30,061 bases of DNA, taken from positions 1 to 30,061 of the IMG/VR virus record IMGVR_UViG_2675903378_000003; one strand, given 5' to 3'. This DNA is from a virus. Shown here piece after piece: positions 17,865-24,375 of this stretch (positions are counted from its first letter, which is position 1; every line of letters begins with the position of its first letter). A program made the position numbers and the translations under genes. Below the pieces are notes generated by a model. The model did not search any database. It saw only the letters and a program-made list of their open reading frames with translations, and had not been told where the DNA came from.

Positions 17865-18079
17865 TTTCTGCTCCTCCAGGGCGTGTTGACTTCTTCGATG
17901 CGCCTGTCTCCAAGCGCATCTGAGAAATCGTGTTGGTTCTTTCTCACAGGCCGCGGAATCTCCCCGCCTGCACTCATGTTTATTCCAGGTCTACCTTTCG
18001 GCGCTGGTCCGGATCTAAGCTGCTCCGGTCGGGTCGAGGCACGATGCGTTGACGCTGCGTCGTTTTTACCCGTGGTCAC
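17861..18079 (-). CDS. Doubtful 72-aa basic ORF in the PL leader (possible N-like protein or non-coding leader)
   Basis: GTG start with a weak RBS. 14 of 72 residues are R/K. Its stop forms an ATGA overlap with the next start. It contains hairpin element A, and copy B is read in a different frame, so the hairpin conservation is not protein-level. Confidence 0.25.
   Translation of the reverse strand: MTTGKNDAASTHRASTRPEQLRSGPAPKGRPGINMSAGGEIPRPVRKNQHDFSDALGDRRIEEVNTPWRSRK
17891..17931 (-). promoter_or_regulatory. Conserved 41-nt hairpin element, copy A (PL leader / 5' UTR of 17658-17864)
   Basis: Minus strand reads ACGATTTCTCA-GATGCGCTTG-GAGA-CAGGCGCATC-GAAGAA: a 10-bp stem with a GNRA loop. 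Confidence 0.5.
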
Positions 18080-18106
18080 CTTTGTCCCGGTGACTCGCTA
18101 AGGGAC

Positions 18107-18120
18107 GCCCTTTCCAGGGC
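18107..18120 (-). promoter_or_regulatory. boxB-like RNA hairpin about 27 nt downstream of the predicted PL start
   Basis: Minus strand reads GCCCT-GGAA-AGGGC. The stem is identical to the lambda boxB stem (GCCCT/AGGGC) as I recall it, capped here by a true GNRA tetraloop. Confidence 0.4.
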
Positions 18121-18153
18121 CTGGCGCTGCGGTGTTCTGCGGCGTTGAGGTGA

Positions 18154-18182
18154 AATTTAGAAAACTAAACGATTAAGGTCAA
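18154..18182 (-). promoter_or_regulatory. PL-like early leftward promoter
   Basis: Minus strand: TTGACC (18177-18182), 17-nt spacer, TAAATT (18154-18159). Flanked and overlapped by the two OL operators. Confidence 0.55.
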
Positions 18183-18204
18183 GGGATTTTTTTAGAAATC
18201 TAAA
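18156..18204. promoter_or_regulatory. OL operators (two 14-bp palindromes)
   Basis: TTTAGAAAACTAAA (18156-18169) and TTTAGAAATCTAAA (18191-18204). Same consensus as the three sites between cI and cro. Confidence 0.6.
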
Positions 18205-18223
18205 CTTTTGGGTTGGGCGGGCA

Positions 18224-18249
18224 CAAAAAAAGCCCGCGCTAGGCGGGCT
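18224..18249 (-). terminator. Intrinsic terminator ending the cI-lipoprotein transcription unit
   Basis: Minus strand reads AGCCCGCC-TAG-CGCGGGCT followed by TTTTTTT. Lies 22 nt after the lipoprotein stop. Confidence 0.75.
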
Positions 18250-18270
18250 CTGTCCCTCTGGTTAGGGGTG

Positions 18271-18759
18271 TTACCGTGTGAGCATCTCGCGAAGCTTCAC
18301 ACCATCAGCGATGCTCACGACCTTGGCCACTACGCCTCCTTGGGGGAGGAGTCCGTACTTCGATGGCGCTTGCCAAGTGACGGTTGAACTGAGGAAGTAG
18401 TCGCCTGGCGGGATGTCCGTGAATGTGAAGTTTCCGTTCCCATCCGCCACCGTAGTGATGGACCCCTGTCCTGATCGAGGATCTGGCGCCTCAAGCGCTT
18501 GTCCTCCTATATAGTTCACTTCGTACCACTGTTTCGAATAGGACGTAACGGGGACTAGGTAAACTGTGCTCCCTGCACCGAATTTCACATCTCCACCAAC
18601 GGTCTTCATAAAGACCTGGCCAGTCAATGTGCCAGTCCCTTTTGTCGGAAGAGCGGCAAATTCAGCAGCAGGGAATGGAATTCTCGGGACCGGCGTTTGT
18701 TGAGATACGGCACAACCTGACAGCATGATAATTATTGCTGCTATGGCGATTAAACGCAT
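18271..18759 (-). CDS. Lipoprotein with carboxypeptidase-regulatory-like (beta-sandwich) domain; moron downstream of cI
   Basis: Start MRLIAIAAIIIMLSGC at 18759 with AAGGAGG upstream. Lipobox is LSGC. GTLTGQVF...GAGSTVYLVP...DGNGNFTFTDIPPGDYFL fits the CarboxypepD_reg pattern. Confidence 0.8.
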   Translation of the reverse strand: MRLIAIAAIIIMLSGCAVSQQTPVPRIPFPAAEFAALPTKGTGTLTGQVFMKTVGGDVKFGAGSTVYLVPVTSYSKQWYEVNYIGGQALEAPDPRSGQGSITTVADGNGNFTFTDIPPGDYFLSSTVTWQAPSKYGLLPQGGVVAKVVSIADGVKLREMLTR

Positions 18760-18806
18760 GAAACCTCCTTGATTATCAAAAAGCCCGAGTGCCGGTCGGC
18801 ACCTGA

Positions 18807-19472
18807 CTACATCGCGCCGCCACGCCAAACGATACGACCGATAATGTCTACGCCGCGCATACCATCATCAGTGACAGGCTGGTCTGGGTATCGATTTTTG
18901 TCCTGGTTATCCGACCGAATTAGCCATCCTCCCGATATCTCACGGATAAGGCGCTTGAAGATCACCTCTTGGTCGGCATCATACAGGGCGAACATTTTCC
19001 CATTCGTCGGCTCCTTGCAGGAAACATCTATCAGGACGACCTCTCCGTCGGAGAGGGTTGGCCAGTTGCTATCTCCCTGGTTGTAGGCTGCGCGAAGATT
19101 TTCAGCCCTTAGCCCCATCCGTCGAAGCCAGTCGCGCTTAAATGCCAACCCGCCCTTGACCTCAACATGATCGTTTAGGTAGCCATTTCCTGACGAACCC
19201 TTAGCAGTGAGCTGGGGAATAAGCGCGTAGTCGGCCTCTGAAGGAGACCCTTCATGTGAGGGCAGATCCTTTTCTCCCTTCCCAGTTTCCAGCCATGAGG
19301 CGCTGCATTGAAGCACCTTGGCCAAGGCAATCAGGTTCTTCCCTCTGGCCTTGTTGGTGCCATTGGTCCAGTGGGAGAGGGTCCCCTTGGAGACCTTGAT
19401 CTCTCTGGAGATGTCCGAGGCGCTGATGCCTAAGGCATCCATGCGCTGATTGAGTCTGTCTGAAAAGTCCAT
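18807..19472 (-). CDS. cI: cI-like repressor (XRE HTH + S24 LexA-type autopeptidase)
   Basis: N-terminal HTH (ISASDISREIKVSKGTLSHWTNG). C-terminal S24 motifs GDSNWPTL (Ser) and FKRL (Lys). Divergent from the cro-like gene. Confidence 0.92.
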   Translation of the reverse strand: MDFSDRLNQRMDALGISASDISREIKVSKGTLSHWTNGTNKARGKNLIALAKVLQCSASWLETGKGEKDLPSHEGSPSEADYALIPQLTAKGSSGNGYLNDHVEVKGGLAFKRDWLRRMGLRAENLRAAYNQGDSNWPTLSDGEVVLIDVSCKEPTNGKMFALYDADQEVIFKRLIREISGGWLIRSDNQDKNRYPDQPVTDDGMRGVDIIGRIVWRGGAM

Positions 19473-19473
19473 G

Positions 19474-19534
19474 TTTAGGATTCTAAATCCTTGTTGGTTT
19501 AGATAACTTGCACACGGCTGTTTATTTTTCTAAA
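19474..19534. promoter_or_regulatory. OR operators (three sites) with embedded PRM -10
   Basis: TTTAGGATTCTAAA (19474-19487), TTTAGATAACTTGC (19498-19511, good left half only), TTTATTTTTCTAAA (19521-19534), spaced 24 and 23 bp. On the minus strand, TAGAAT (19480-19485) lies 7 nt upstream of the cI ATG. Confidence 0.65.
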
Positions 19535-19536
19535 CT
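19508..19536 (+). promoter_or_regulatory. PR-like early rightward promoter
   Basis: TTGCAC (19508-19513), 17-nt spacer, TAAACT (19531-19536). Overlapped by two operators. Confidence 0.55.
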
Positions 19537-19561
19537 CCAGCAAAACCATGGAGGCAGCCGT

Positions 19562-19759
19562 ATGAATTACGAACAGGCGCTCACCCACTTCGGAACAGGG
19601 CGAGCGATTGCAAAGGCCCTAGGCGTAAGCCCTGGGCGAATTTCTCAGTGCAAATCGGAAGGTGGGTTTTCCTATCAGCATCAGTGCGTCCTGGAGAAGG
19701 CATCCTCTGGCGCGCTTCAGGCCCGTGAAGAAGACGAGCCTCAGCGGATGGCGTCTTGA
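19562..19759 (+). CDS. cro: Cro/YdaS-like HTH regulator
   Basis: ATG at 19562 with GGAGG upstream. MNYEQALTHFGTGRAIAKALGVSPGRISQ is a YdaS/Cro-type HTH. Divergent from cI. Confidence 0.75.
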   Translation: MNYEQALTHFGTGRAIAKALGVSPGRISQCKSEGGFSYQHQCVLEKASSGALQAREEDEPQRMAS

Positions 19760-19761
19760 CC

Positions 19762-20073
19762 ATGACAGCCAGCCAATTAAACGCCGAGCGTGATGCAAGG
19801 GCACGGGAGTTCGAATCCCTGATCCTCAACCGACTTTTGTCGGTGGGTCAGAAGACCGTCGCTGACGCAATCGGCGTGAGCGAATCGACTGTGAGCCGCT
19901 GGAAAGAGGGCGAGATAGAGCGGTGGTGCAAGGTGCTTGCGCTGCTGGAGCTACAGGTCGTCCCGATGTCGGCTCAGTGCCATCCATCCGAGTACATCCA
20001 GGCGCTCAAGACCCTGGCCGAGCTTGGCTTGCAGGCCGAGAAGAAGCGGCCTGGACCGTTGGGGTGGGATTGA
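19762..20073 (+). CDS. CII-like regulatory protein
   Basis: HTH QKTVADAIGVSESTVSRWKEG. Position immediately after cro. ATG 19762 (TTG 19756 also possible). Confidence 0.7.
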   Translation: MTASQLNAERDARAREFESLILNRLLSVGQKTVADAIGVSESTVSRWKEGEIERWCKVLALLELQVVPMSAQCHPSEYIQALKTLAELGLQAEKKRPGPLGWD

Positions 20074-20285
20074 TGCGAAAACACCTCACGAATACCGATT
20101 ACGCCGCAATGGCTAACGCTGCTGAAGAGCTGGCGGGTATGGGGTCGAGTGAGTGGAGGCGCAGATACAACAAAGCCCTGAGCGACTACTACAGGGCTTT
20201 GTCGGTGCGTGGATCGGTGGCAGCCGAATCACGCTTGGGGAAACAACATCAGGTGACAGGTGAATTATGCAACCTCGAACGCTGA
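20073..20285 (+). CDS. Hypothetical small protein
   Basis: ATG at 20073 overlaps the upstream TGA. 70 aa. Confidence 0.55.
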   Translation: MRKHLTNTDYAAMANAAEELAGMGSSEWRRRYNKALSDYYRALSVRGSVAAESRLGKQHQVTGELCNLER

Positions 20286-20452
20286 CTTACAACGCCTTGG
20301 AGCTTCGTCCGGCGAAGAACTCCATTGCCATCTGCCAAGGTGATCAGGTCGTGACCATCACTCTGGATCAACTCCACCAGTTCACAAGCGATCTCTGCAT
20401 TCTCGCCGCCTCCATGCGCGAAGACATGCGCAATCCGCTGGAGGACGAATAA
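20267..20452 (+). CDS. Hypothetical small protein
   Basis: 61-aa ORF. Its stop overlaps the next start (TAATG). Confidence 0.55.
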   Translation: MQPRTLTYNALELRPAKNSIAICQGDQVVTITLDQLHQFTSDLCILAASMREDMRNPLEDE

Positions 20453-20874
20453 TGAGCGGATACGGTTTTGTTTATGTTCTGACCAGTCCTGCCATGCCTG
20501 GGTTGTATAAGGTTGGTGCGACTACTAGATCTCCGCGTCAGCGTGCTGAAGAACTATCACGCGGGACTGGTGTTCCGCATGAGTTCGAAGTGGCTTTCTA
20601 TGCTGAAGTTCAGGAGCCGTTCCTTTGGGAGCGCCGTGTCCATGCATTGCTCTCAGACAAGCGACTTTCCAGTTCCCGTGAATTCTTCTACGGCCCCCTG
20701 ATCGACATCATTAACACCATCGAGGGCGATGGCGAATGCCTGTCTTACTGGGATAGCGATCAAGCCACTGAGGCCCGTAACCCTGGGATGGTGTGGCCCG
20801 GAAAGCCGCTTTGGTTCGAGCAGAATCTGCATAGCGCCGGTTACCTGGAGCGCCTGCGGAGGAACGCACAATGA
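20452..20874 (+). CDS. T5orf172 / GIY-YIG-like domain protein
   Basis: GFVYVLTSPAMPGLYKVGATTRSPRQRAEELS...REFF pattern is typical of the T5orf172 (MUG113) domain. Confidence 0.8.
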   Translation: MSGYGFVYVLTSPAMPGLYKVGATTRSPRQRAEELSRGTGVPHEFEVAFYAEVQEPFLWERRVHALLSDKRLSSSREFFYGPLIDIINTIEGDGECLSYWDSDQATEARNPGMVWPGKPLWFEQNLHSAGYLERLRRNAQ

Positions 20875-21719
20875 GCTTCCAAGCTATGGCGTGGGCTACT
20901 GAGCAGAAGCTCCCAACACGAGAGAAGTTCGTGTTGATCATGCTCGCCAACTATGCCGGGAATGAGCAGTGGGATTGCCACCCGAGCATAAATACCTTGG
21001 CCGATGACACCGGCATGAGTCGCGACACGGTTATTAGGGCGATAAAGGCCCTGGAAGATGCCTCTCTGGTGAAGATCGTTCGCCGCAATGTTGACGGTAT
21101 CAACCTCCCAAATATCTACCGTCTCGTTCGTGCAGGGGGTAGTAGCACTGTGCAGGGGGTAGTAGCTGTATGCGACCAGGGTAGTAGCACTGTGCAGGGA
21201 GGGGTAGTAGCTGTATGCGACTCTAACCAGTCATTAGAACCTATCATTGAACCAGTAGAGCTGCGCGCATCCGCGCCGAAAAAAGATTCCGGGTTGATCG
21301 GGCTGGATGAAATCAAATCCGAGTTTCCCGACCTGCCGGAACAGCTTGTCCGGGATTTTCTCCGCGTCCGAAGGGCGAAGAAGGCTCCGCTGACCGAAAC
21401 CTCATGGCGGCGGATCGCGAAAGTTCTTTCCGAAGCTTCCGAGAAGGGCTGCACTCCGAGTGACGCTCTCGGGTTGGCAGTTGAGCGTGGCTGGCAGGGT
21501 CTTTCGCTGCAATGGCTTTCCAATGCCGGCTTGCTGACCTCGAACGTTAAATCGATCCGCAAAGGGCTCGGCCCGGACGGCAAGTTGCTGCCGGGTTACT
21601 TCTGGCACGACGCCGATATCGACCTTCCGGTTGAGAAGCGCCGCATCCTGAGCGATGAAACCCACGACCGCGCCTCCGGGTATCGCTGGGACTACCTGCG
21701 CTCCAGGGGGCTGGCATGA
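20871..21719 (+). CDS. Replication initiator (lambda O-like, N-terminal winged HTH)
   Basis: AMAWATEQKLPTREKFVLIMLANYAGNEQWDCHPSINTLADDTGMSRDTVIRAIKALE. Contains iterons. Directly upstream of the helicase gene. Confidence 0.8.
   Translation: MSFQAMAWATEQKLPTREKFVLIMLANYAGNEQWDCHPSINTLADDTGMSRDTVIRAIKALEDASLVKIVRRNVDGINLPNIYRLVRAGGSSTVQGVVAVCDQGSSTVQGGVVAVCDSNQSLEPIIEPVELRASAPKKDSGLIGLDEIKSEFPDLPEQLVRDFLRVRRAKKAPLTETSWRRIAKVLSEASEKGCTPSDALGLAVERGWQGLSLQWLSNAGLLTSNVKSIRKGLGPDGKLLPGYFWHDADIDLPVEKRRILSDETHDRASGYRWDYLRSRGLA
21135..21221. repeat. Origin iterons inside the initiator gene
   Basis: GGTAGTAGC occurs at 21138, 21158, 21180 and 21203 (spacing 20/22/23 bp) within a 42/45-bp tandem duplication. 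It is followed by an AT-richer stretch at 21221-21260. Confidence 0.7.
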
Positions 21720-23545
21720 CTCCCTCGCAGATCGCCCAGCGCCTCGCAGATCGCGTGATTGACGTTGCTCACCACCTGCTGCCCGGTGGCAAGCGTGAGG
21801 GCTCGGAGTGGCGCGTAGGCAGCGTGAACGGCGAGAAGGGCCAGAGCCTGGGGGTTCACCTCAAGGGCGATAAGGCTGGTGTCTGGTGCGATTTCTCGAC
21901 CGGTGAAACCGGCGACTTGCTGGACCTGTGGCGTGCAGTTCGCAGTTGTGACATGGGCACTGCACTCACCGAGGCGAAATCCTACCTGGGGATCACCGAG
22001 CCCAAGCTCGAAGCGCCGTCGAGGAAGGCCTACGTCCGCCCTGATCGCCCGAAGTGCAAGGCGCCTGGCGATGAGTCTCCGGTCATGGCTTACCTCGCTG
22101 GCCGTGGGCTAAAGCCGGAAACTATCGCGGCGTTCAAGATCGGCGAGAAGGGCCGCGACATCGTGTTTCCGTTTCTGCGCGACGGCACCCTGATCCACTG
22201 GAAAACGCTGTGCATCGACCGCGAGAACGGCAAGAAGAAAATCTTTGCCTCGAAGGATTCGGAGCCGTGCCTCTTCGGCTGGCAGGCGATTCCGGAAGGC
22301 GCCCGAGAGGTGACCATCACCGAAGGCGAGATCGATGCCATGACCGCCTGGCAGTACGGTCGTCCGGCGTTGTCGGTGCCATTTGGGGGCGGCAAGGGCG
22401 AGAAGCAGGCGTGGATCGAGCACGAATACTCGCGGCTCTCCCGGTTCGACGTGATCTACCTCGCCATGGACAACGACGAGGCTGGGAAGCAGGCGACCGA
22501 GGAACTGATCAAGCGTCTGGGGCGTGAGCGCTGTCGCATCCTGGACCTGGGCTGCAAGGACTTCAACGAAGCCCTGGACGCCCTGTTCTACACACGAGAC
22601 GACATTGACGACTGCTACGCCAAGGCCAAGACCCTTGATCCGGAGAAGCTGGTAGGAGCCGAAACCTTCGCCGATGACGTTTGTGCTGAGTTCTTTGAGC
22701 GCAACCCGGTGGTAATGGGGATGGCGACCCCGTGGGAGAAGTCTCACGACACCATTCGGTTCCGCGACAGCGAGGTCACTATCTGGACCGGCTGGAGTGG
22801 TCACGGGAAATCCCAGCTCCTGAACTACCTCGCCTTCCACGGCATGCGCCAGGGCGAAAAGTTCTGTATCGCCTCAATGGAGATGCCGGCCAAGCGCACC
22901 CTGCAACGCATGGTTCGCCAGGCGGCGGGACTGAACCTTCCGTCTCGCGGATACATCCACGCGATCCTGGAGTTTCTAGGAGGTCGGCTGTGGATCTACA
23001 ACCAGATGGGTTCCGCCAATACCGCCGAGATGATCGACACCTTCCGCTATGCCGCACGGCGGTACGGGGTGAAACAGTTCGTCGTTGACAGCTTGGCGAA
23101 GCTTGGCATGGCTGAGGATGACTACAACGGCCAGAAACAGGCCATGGAAGCCATCGTTGGCTTTGCCCACGAAATGGGCGTCCACGTCCATTTGGTCGCC
23201 CACCCGAGAAAGGCTGACGACGAAACAAAGCTTCCAGGAAAGCTCGACGTTCGTGGTGGCGCAATCCTTACCGACCTGGCCGACAACGTGATCACCGTTT
23301 GGCGCAACAAGAAGAAAGAAGTCGCCATGAAGGACGGTAGCGAAGAGGACCGCGCGTACTACGCATCCCATTCCGACGTGAAGATGGTCATCACCAAGCA
23401 GCGCCTGACGGGCGTCGAGGAAACCATCCCGCTCTGGTTTGACCCCGCGTCCGCTCAGTACATGGAGCGCGAAGGCCACAAGCCGCGCCAGTGGATTGAG
23501 TACTCCGGAATCCCACAACAACAAGCCGATCAGGAGGCCGCATGA
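21716..23545 (+). CDS. Bifunctional primase/helicase (Toprim + DnaB/Twinkle-like)
   Basis: Toprim motif ITEGEIDAMTAWQYG. Walker A GWSGHGKSQLL and Walker B FVVDSL. 609 aa. Confidence 0.9.
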   Translation: MTPSQIAQRLADRVIDVAHHLLPGGKREGSEWRVGSVNGEKGQSLGVHLKGDKAGVWCDFSTGETGDLLDLWRAVRSCDMGTALTEAKSYLGITEPKLEAPSRKAYVRPDRPKCKAPGDESPVMAYLAGRGLKPETIAAFKIGEKGRDIVFPFLRDGTLIHWKTLCIDRENGKKKIFASKDSEPCLFGWQAIPEGAREVTITEGEIDAMTAWQYGRPALSVPFGGGKGEKQAWIEHEYSRLSRFDVIYLAMDNDEAGKQATEELIKRLGRERCRILDLGCKDFNEALDALFYTRDDIDDCYAKAKTLDPEKLVGAETFADDVCAEFFERNPVVMGMATPWEKSHDTIRFRDSEVTIWTGWSGHGKSQLLNYLAFHGMRQGEKFCIASMEMPAKRTLQRMVRQAAGLNLPSRGYIHAILEFLGGRLWIYNQMGSANTAEMIDTFRYAARRYGVKQFVVDSLAKLGMAEDDYNGQKQAMEAIVGFAHEMGVHVHLVAHPRKADDETKLPGKLDVRGGAILTDLADNVITVWRNKKKEVAMKDGSEEDRAYYASHSDVKMVITKQRLTGVEETIPLWFDPASAQYMEREGHKPRQWIEYSGIPQQQADQEAA

Positions 23546-23664
23546 AGCGCTGCTGGAAGGTAGTTCTGCCGGGCCGCCCGGCGTTCACGATGATTCTGAT
23601 GGAGGACTGCGACCCGGTAGAGGTCGTGAAGAGCATTTGGCCTGAAGGGAGGATCGAGCAGTGA
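23542..23664 (+). CDS. 40-aa micro-protein (not in ORF track)
   Basis: My translation: MKRCWKVVLPGRPAFTMILMEDCDPVEVVKSIWPEGRIEQ. CAGGAGG RBS, ATGA overlap at its start and GTGA overlap at its end. Confidence 0.5.
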   Translation: MKRCWKVVLPGRPAFTMILMEDCDPVEVVKSIWPEGRIEQ

Positions 23665-24170
23665 CGCCCGCAAAACAGGAGTCTCTCATGCAGGGACAGA
23701 CCGGCATCGCGAAGAAGGTCTACGAGTGCGTACCGATCTCTGAGTCCTGGCGTTCGTTCCAAGTGCTCACTGCGCTCCGCAACATGACCGGAAGCACGCC
23801 GGACGTTCGGATTGTCCAGGGCTGTCTGCGCGATCTGGTCGATTCCGGACTGATCCGCCGCACTGGTACTGACCACTACCAACGAATCCAAGTCGAGAAA
23901 AAGACCAAGCCTCAGGAGCCGAAGATGGGCGAGCCCGCGAAGAAGATCGAAACCCAGTCCGAGCCGAAGCGCTCCGCCTCCCCGCTGGAGATGTTGGGCG
24001 AACTGGCAAACGAGCTCGCCGGCATGGCCGAACACATGAAGCGCCTGTCTGATCGCATCGAGGACGTCGCGCTGGCAGTTGAGCAGGAACGCGAATCGAA
24101 CGCCAAGTCGATGGAAAGCTATCGCCAGCTCAAGGCACTACTGAAGAGCCTGCAAGGGGAGGGTGAGTGA
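23661..24170 (+). CDS. Hypothetical protein (possible winged helix N-terminus, coiled-coil C-terminus)
   Basis: GTG at 23661 with GGGAGG upstream (alternative ATG 23688). 169 aa. Confidence 0.7.
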   Translation: MTPAKQESLMQGQTGIAKKVYECVPISESWRSFQVLTALRNMTGSTPDVRIVQGCLRDLVDSGLIRRTGTDHYQRIQVEKKTKPQEPKMGEPAKKIETQSEPKRSASPLEMLGELANELAGMAEHMKRLSDRIEDVALAVEQERESNAKSMESYRQLKALLKSLQGEGE

Positions 24171-24171
24171 C

Positions 24172-24375
24172 ATGGATATCGTAGACATCGCCAACGACTA
24201 CGCCGAGCGTGAACTCGCTGAACGCCTGTACTCCCGAGTCAAGTACGTCGGCGAGAGCCTGTCCGAATGTGAAGACTGCGGCGAGGAGATTCCTGTGGCG
24301 CGGCGCTCGATCGTTCCTGGGGTTCGGAAGTGCCTTTCTTGCCAGGAATACTTGGAGGCAATCAATGGACGCTGA
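24172..24375 (+). CDS. TraR/DksA-family C4 zinc-finger protein
   Basis: CEDCGEEIP...RKCLSCQE motif. ATG 24172 (track start GTG 24163 sits too close to the SD). Confidence 0.8.
   Translation: MDIVDIANDYAERELAERLYSRVKYVGESLSECEDCGEEIPVARRSIVPGVRKCLSCQEYLEAINGR

Noticed and set aside
18781-18806. Possible terminator between cI and the lipoprotein gene (GTGCCGACCGGCAC followed by TCGGGCTTTTT on the minus strand)
   Set aside because: The palindrome leaves only a 2-4 nt loop and a short stem, and the T-run is separated from it by 6 nt. It is too weak to call, so co-transcription with cI seems more likely.
20172-20200. 9-bp hairpin AAAGCCCTG...CAGGGCTTT as a possible tR1-like terminator or boxB-like site on the rightward operon
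   Set aside because: It lies inside a coding frame (NKALSDYYRALSV), has an 11-nt loop, and is followed by only three T residues. It is probably incidental.
21135-21221. Tandem repeats considered as a CRISPR-like or minisatellite array
   Set aside because: There are only two long units, both inside a coding gene, with no unique spacers. The arrangement fits origin iterons.
22109-23524. Long minus-strand ORFs (243 aa, 182 aa, 161 aa) inside the primase/helicase gene
   Set aside because: They lie antisense to a gene with clear Toprim and Walker motifs, and have no RBS and no recognisable domains.
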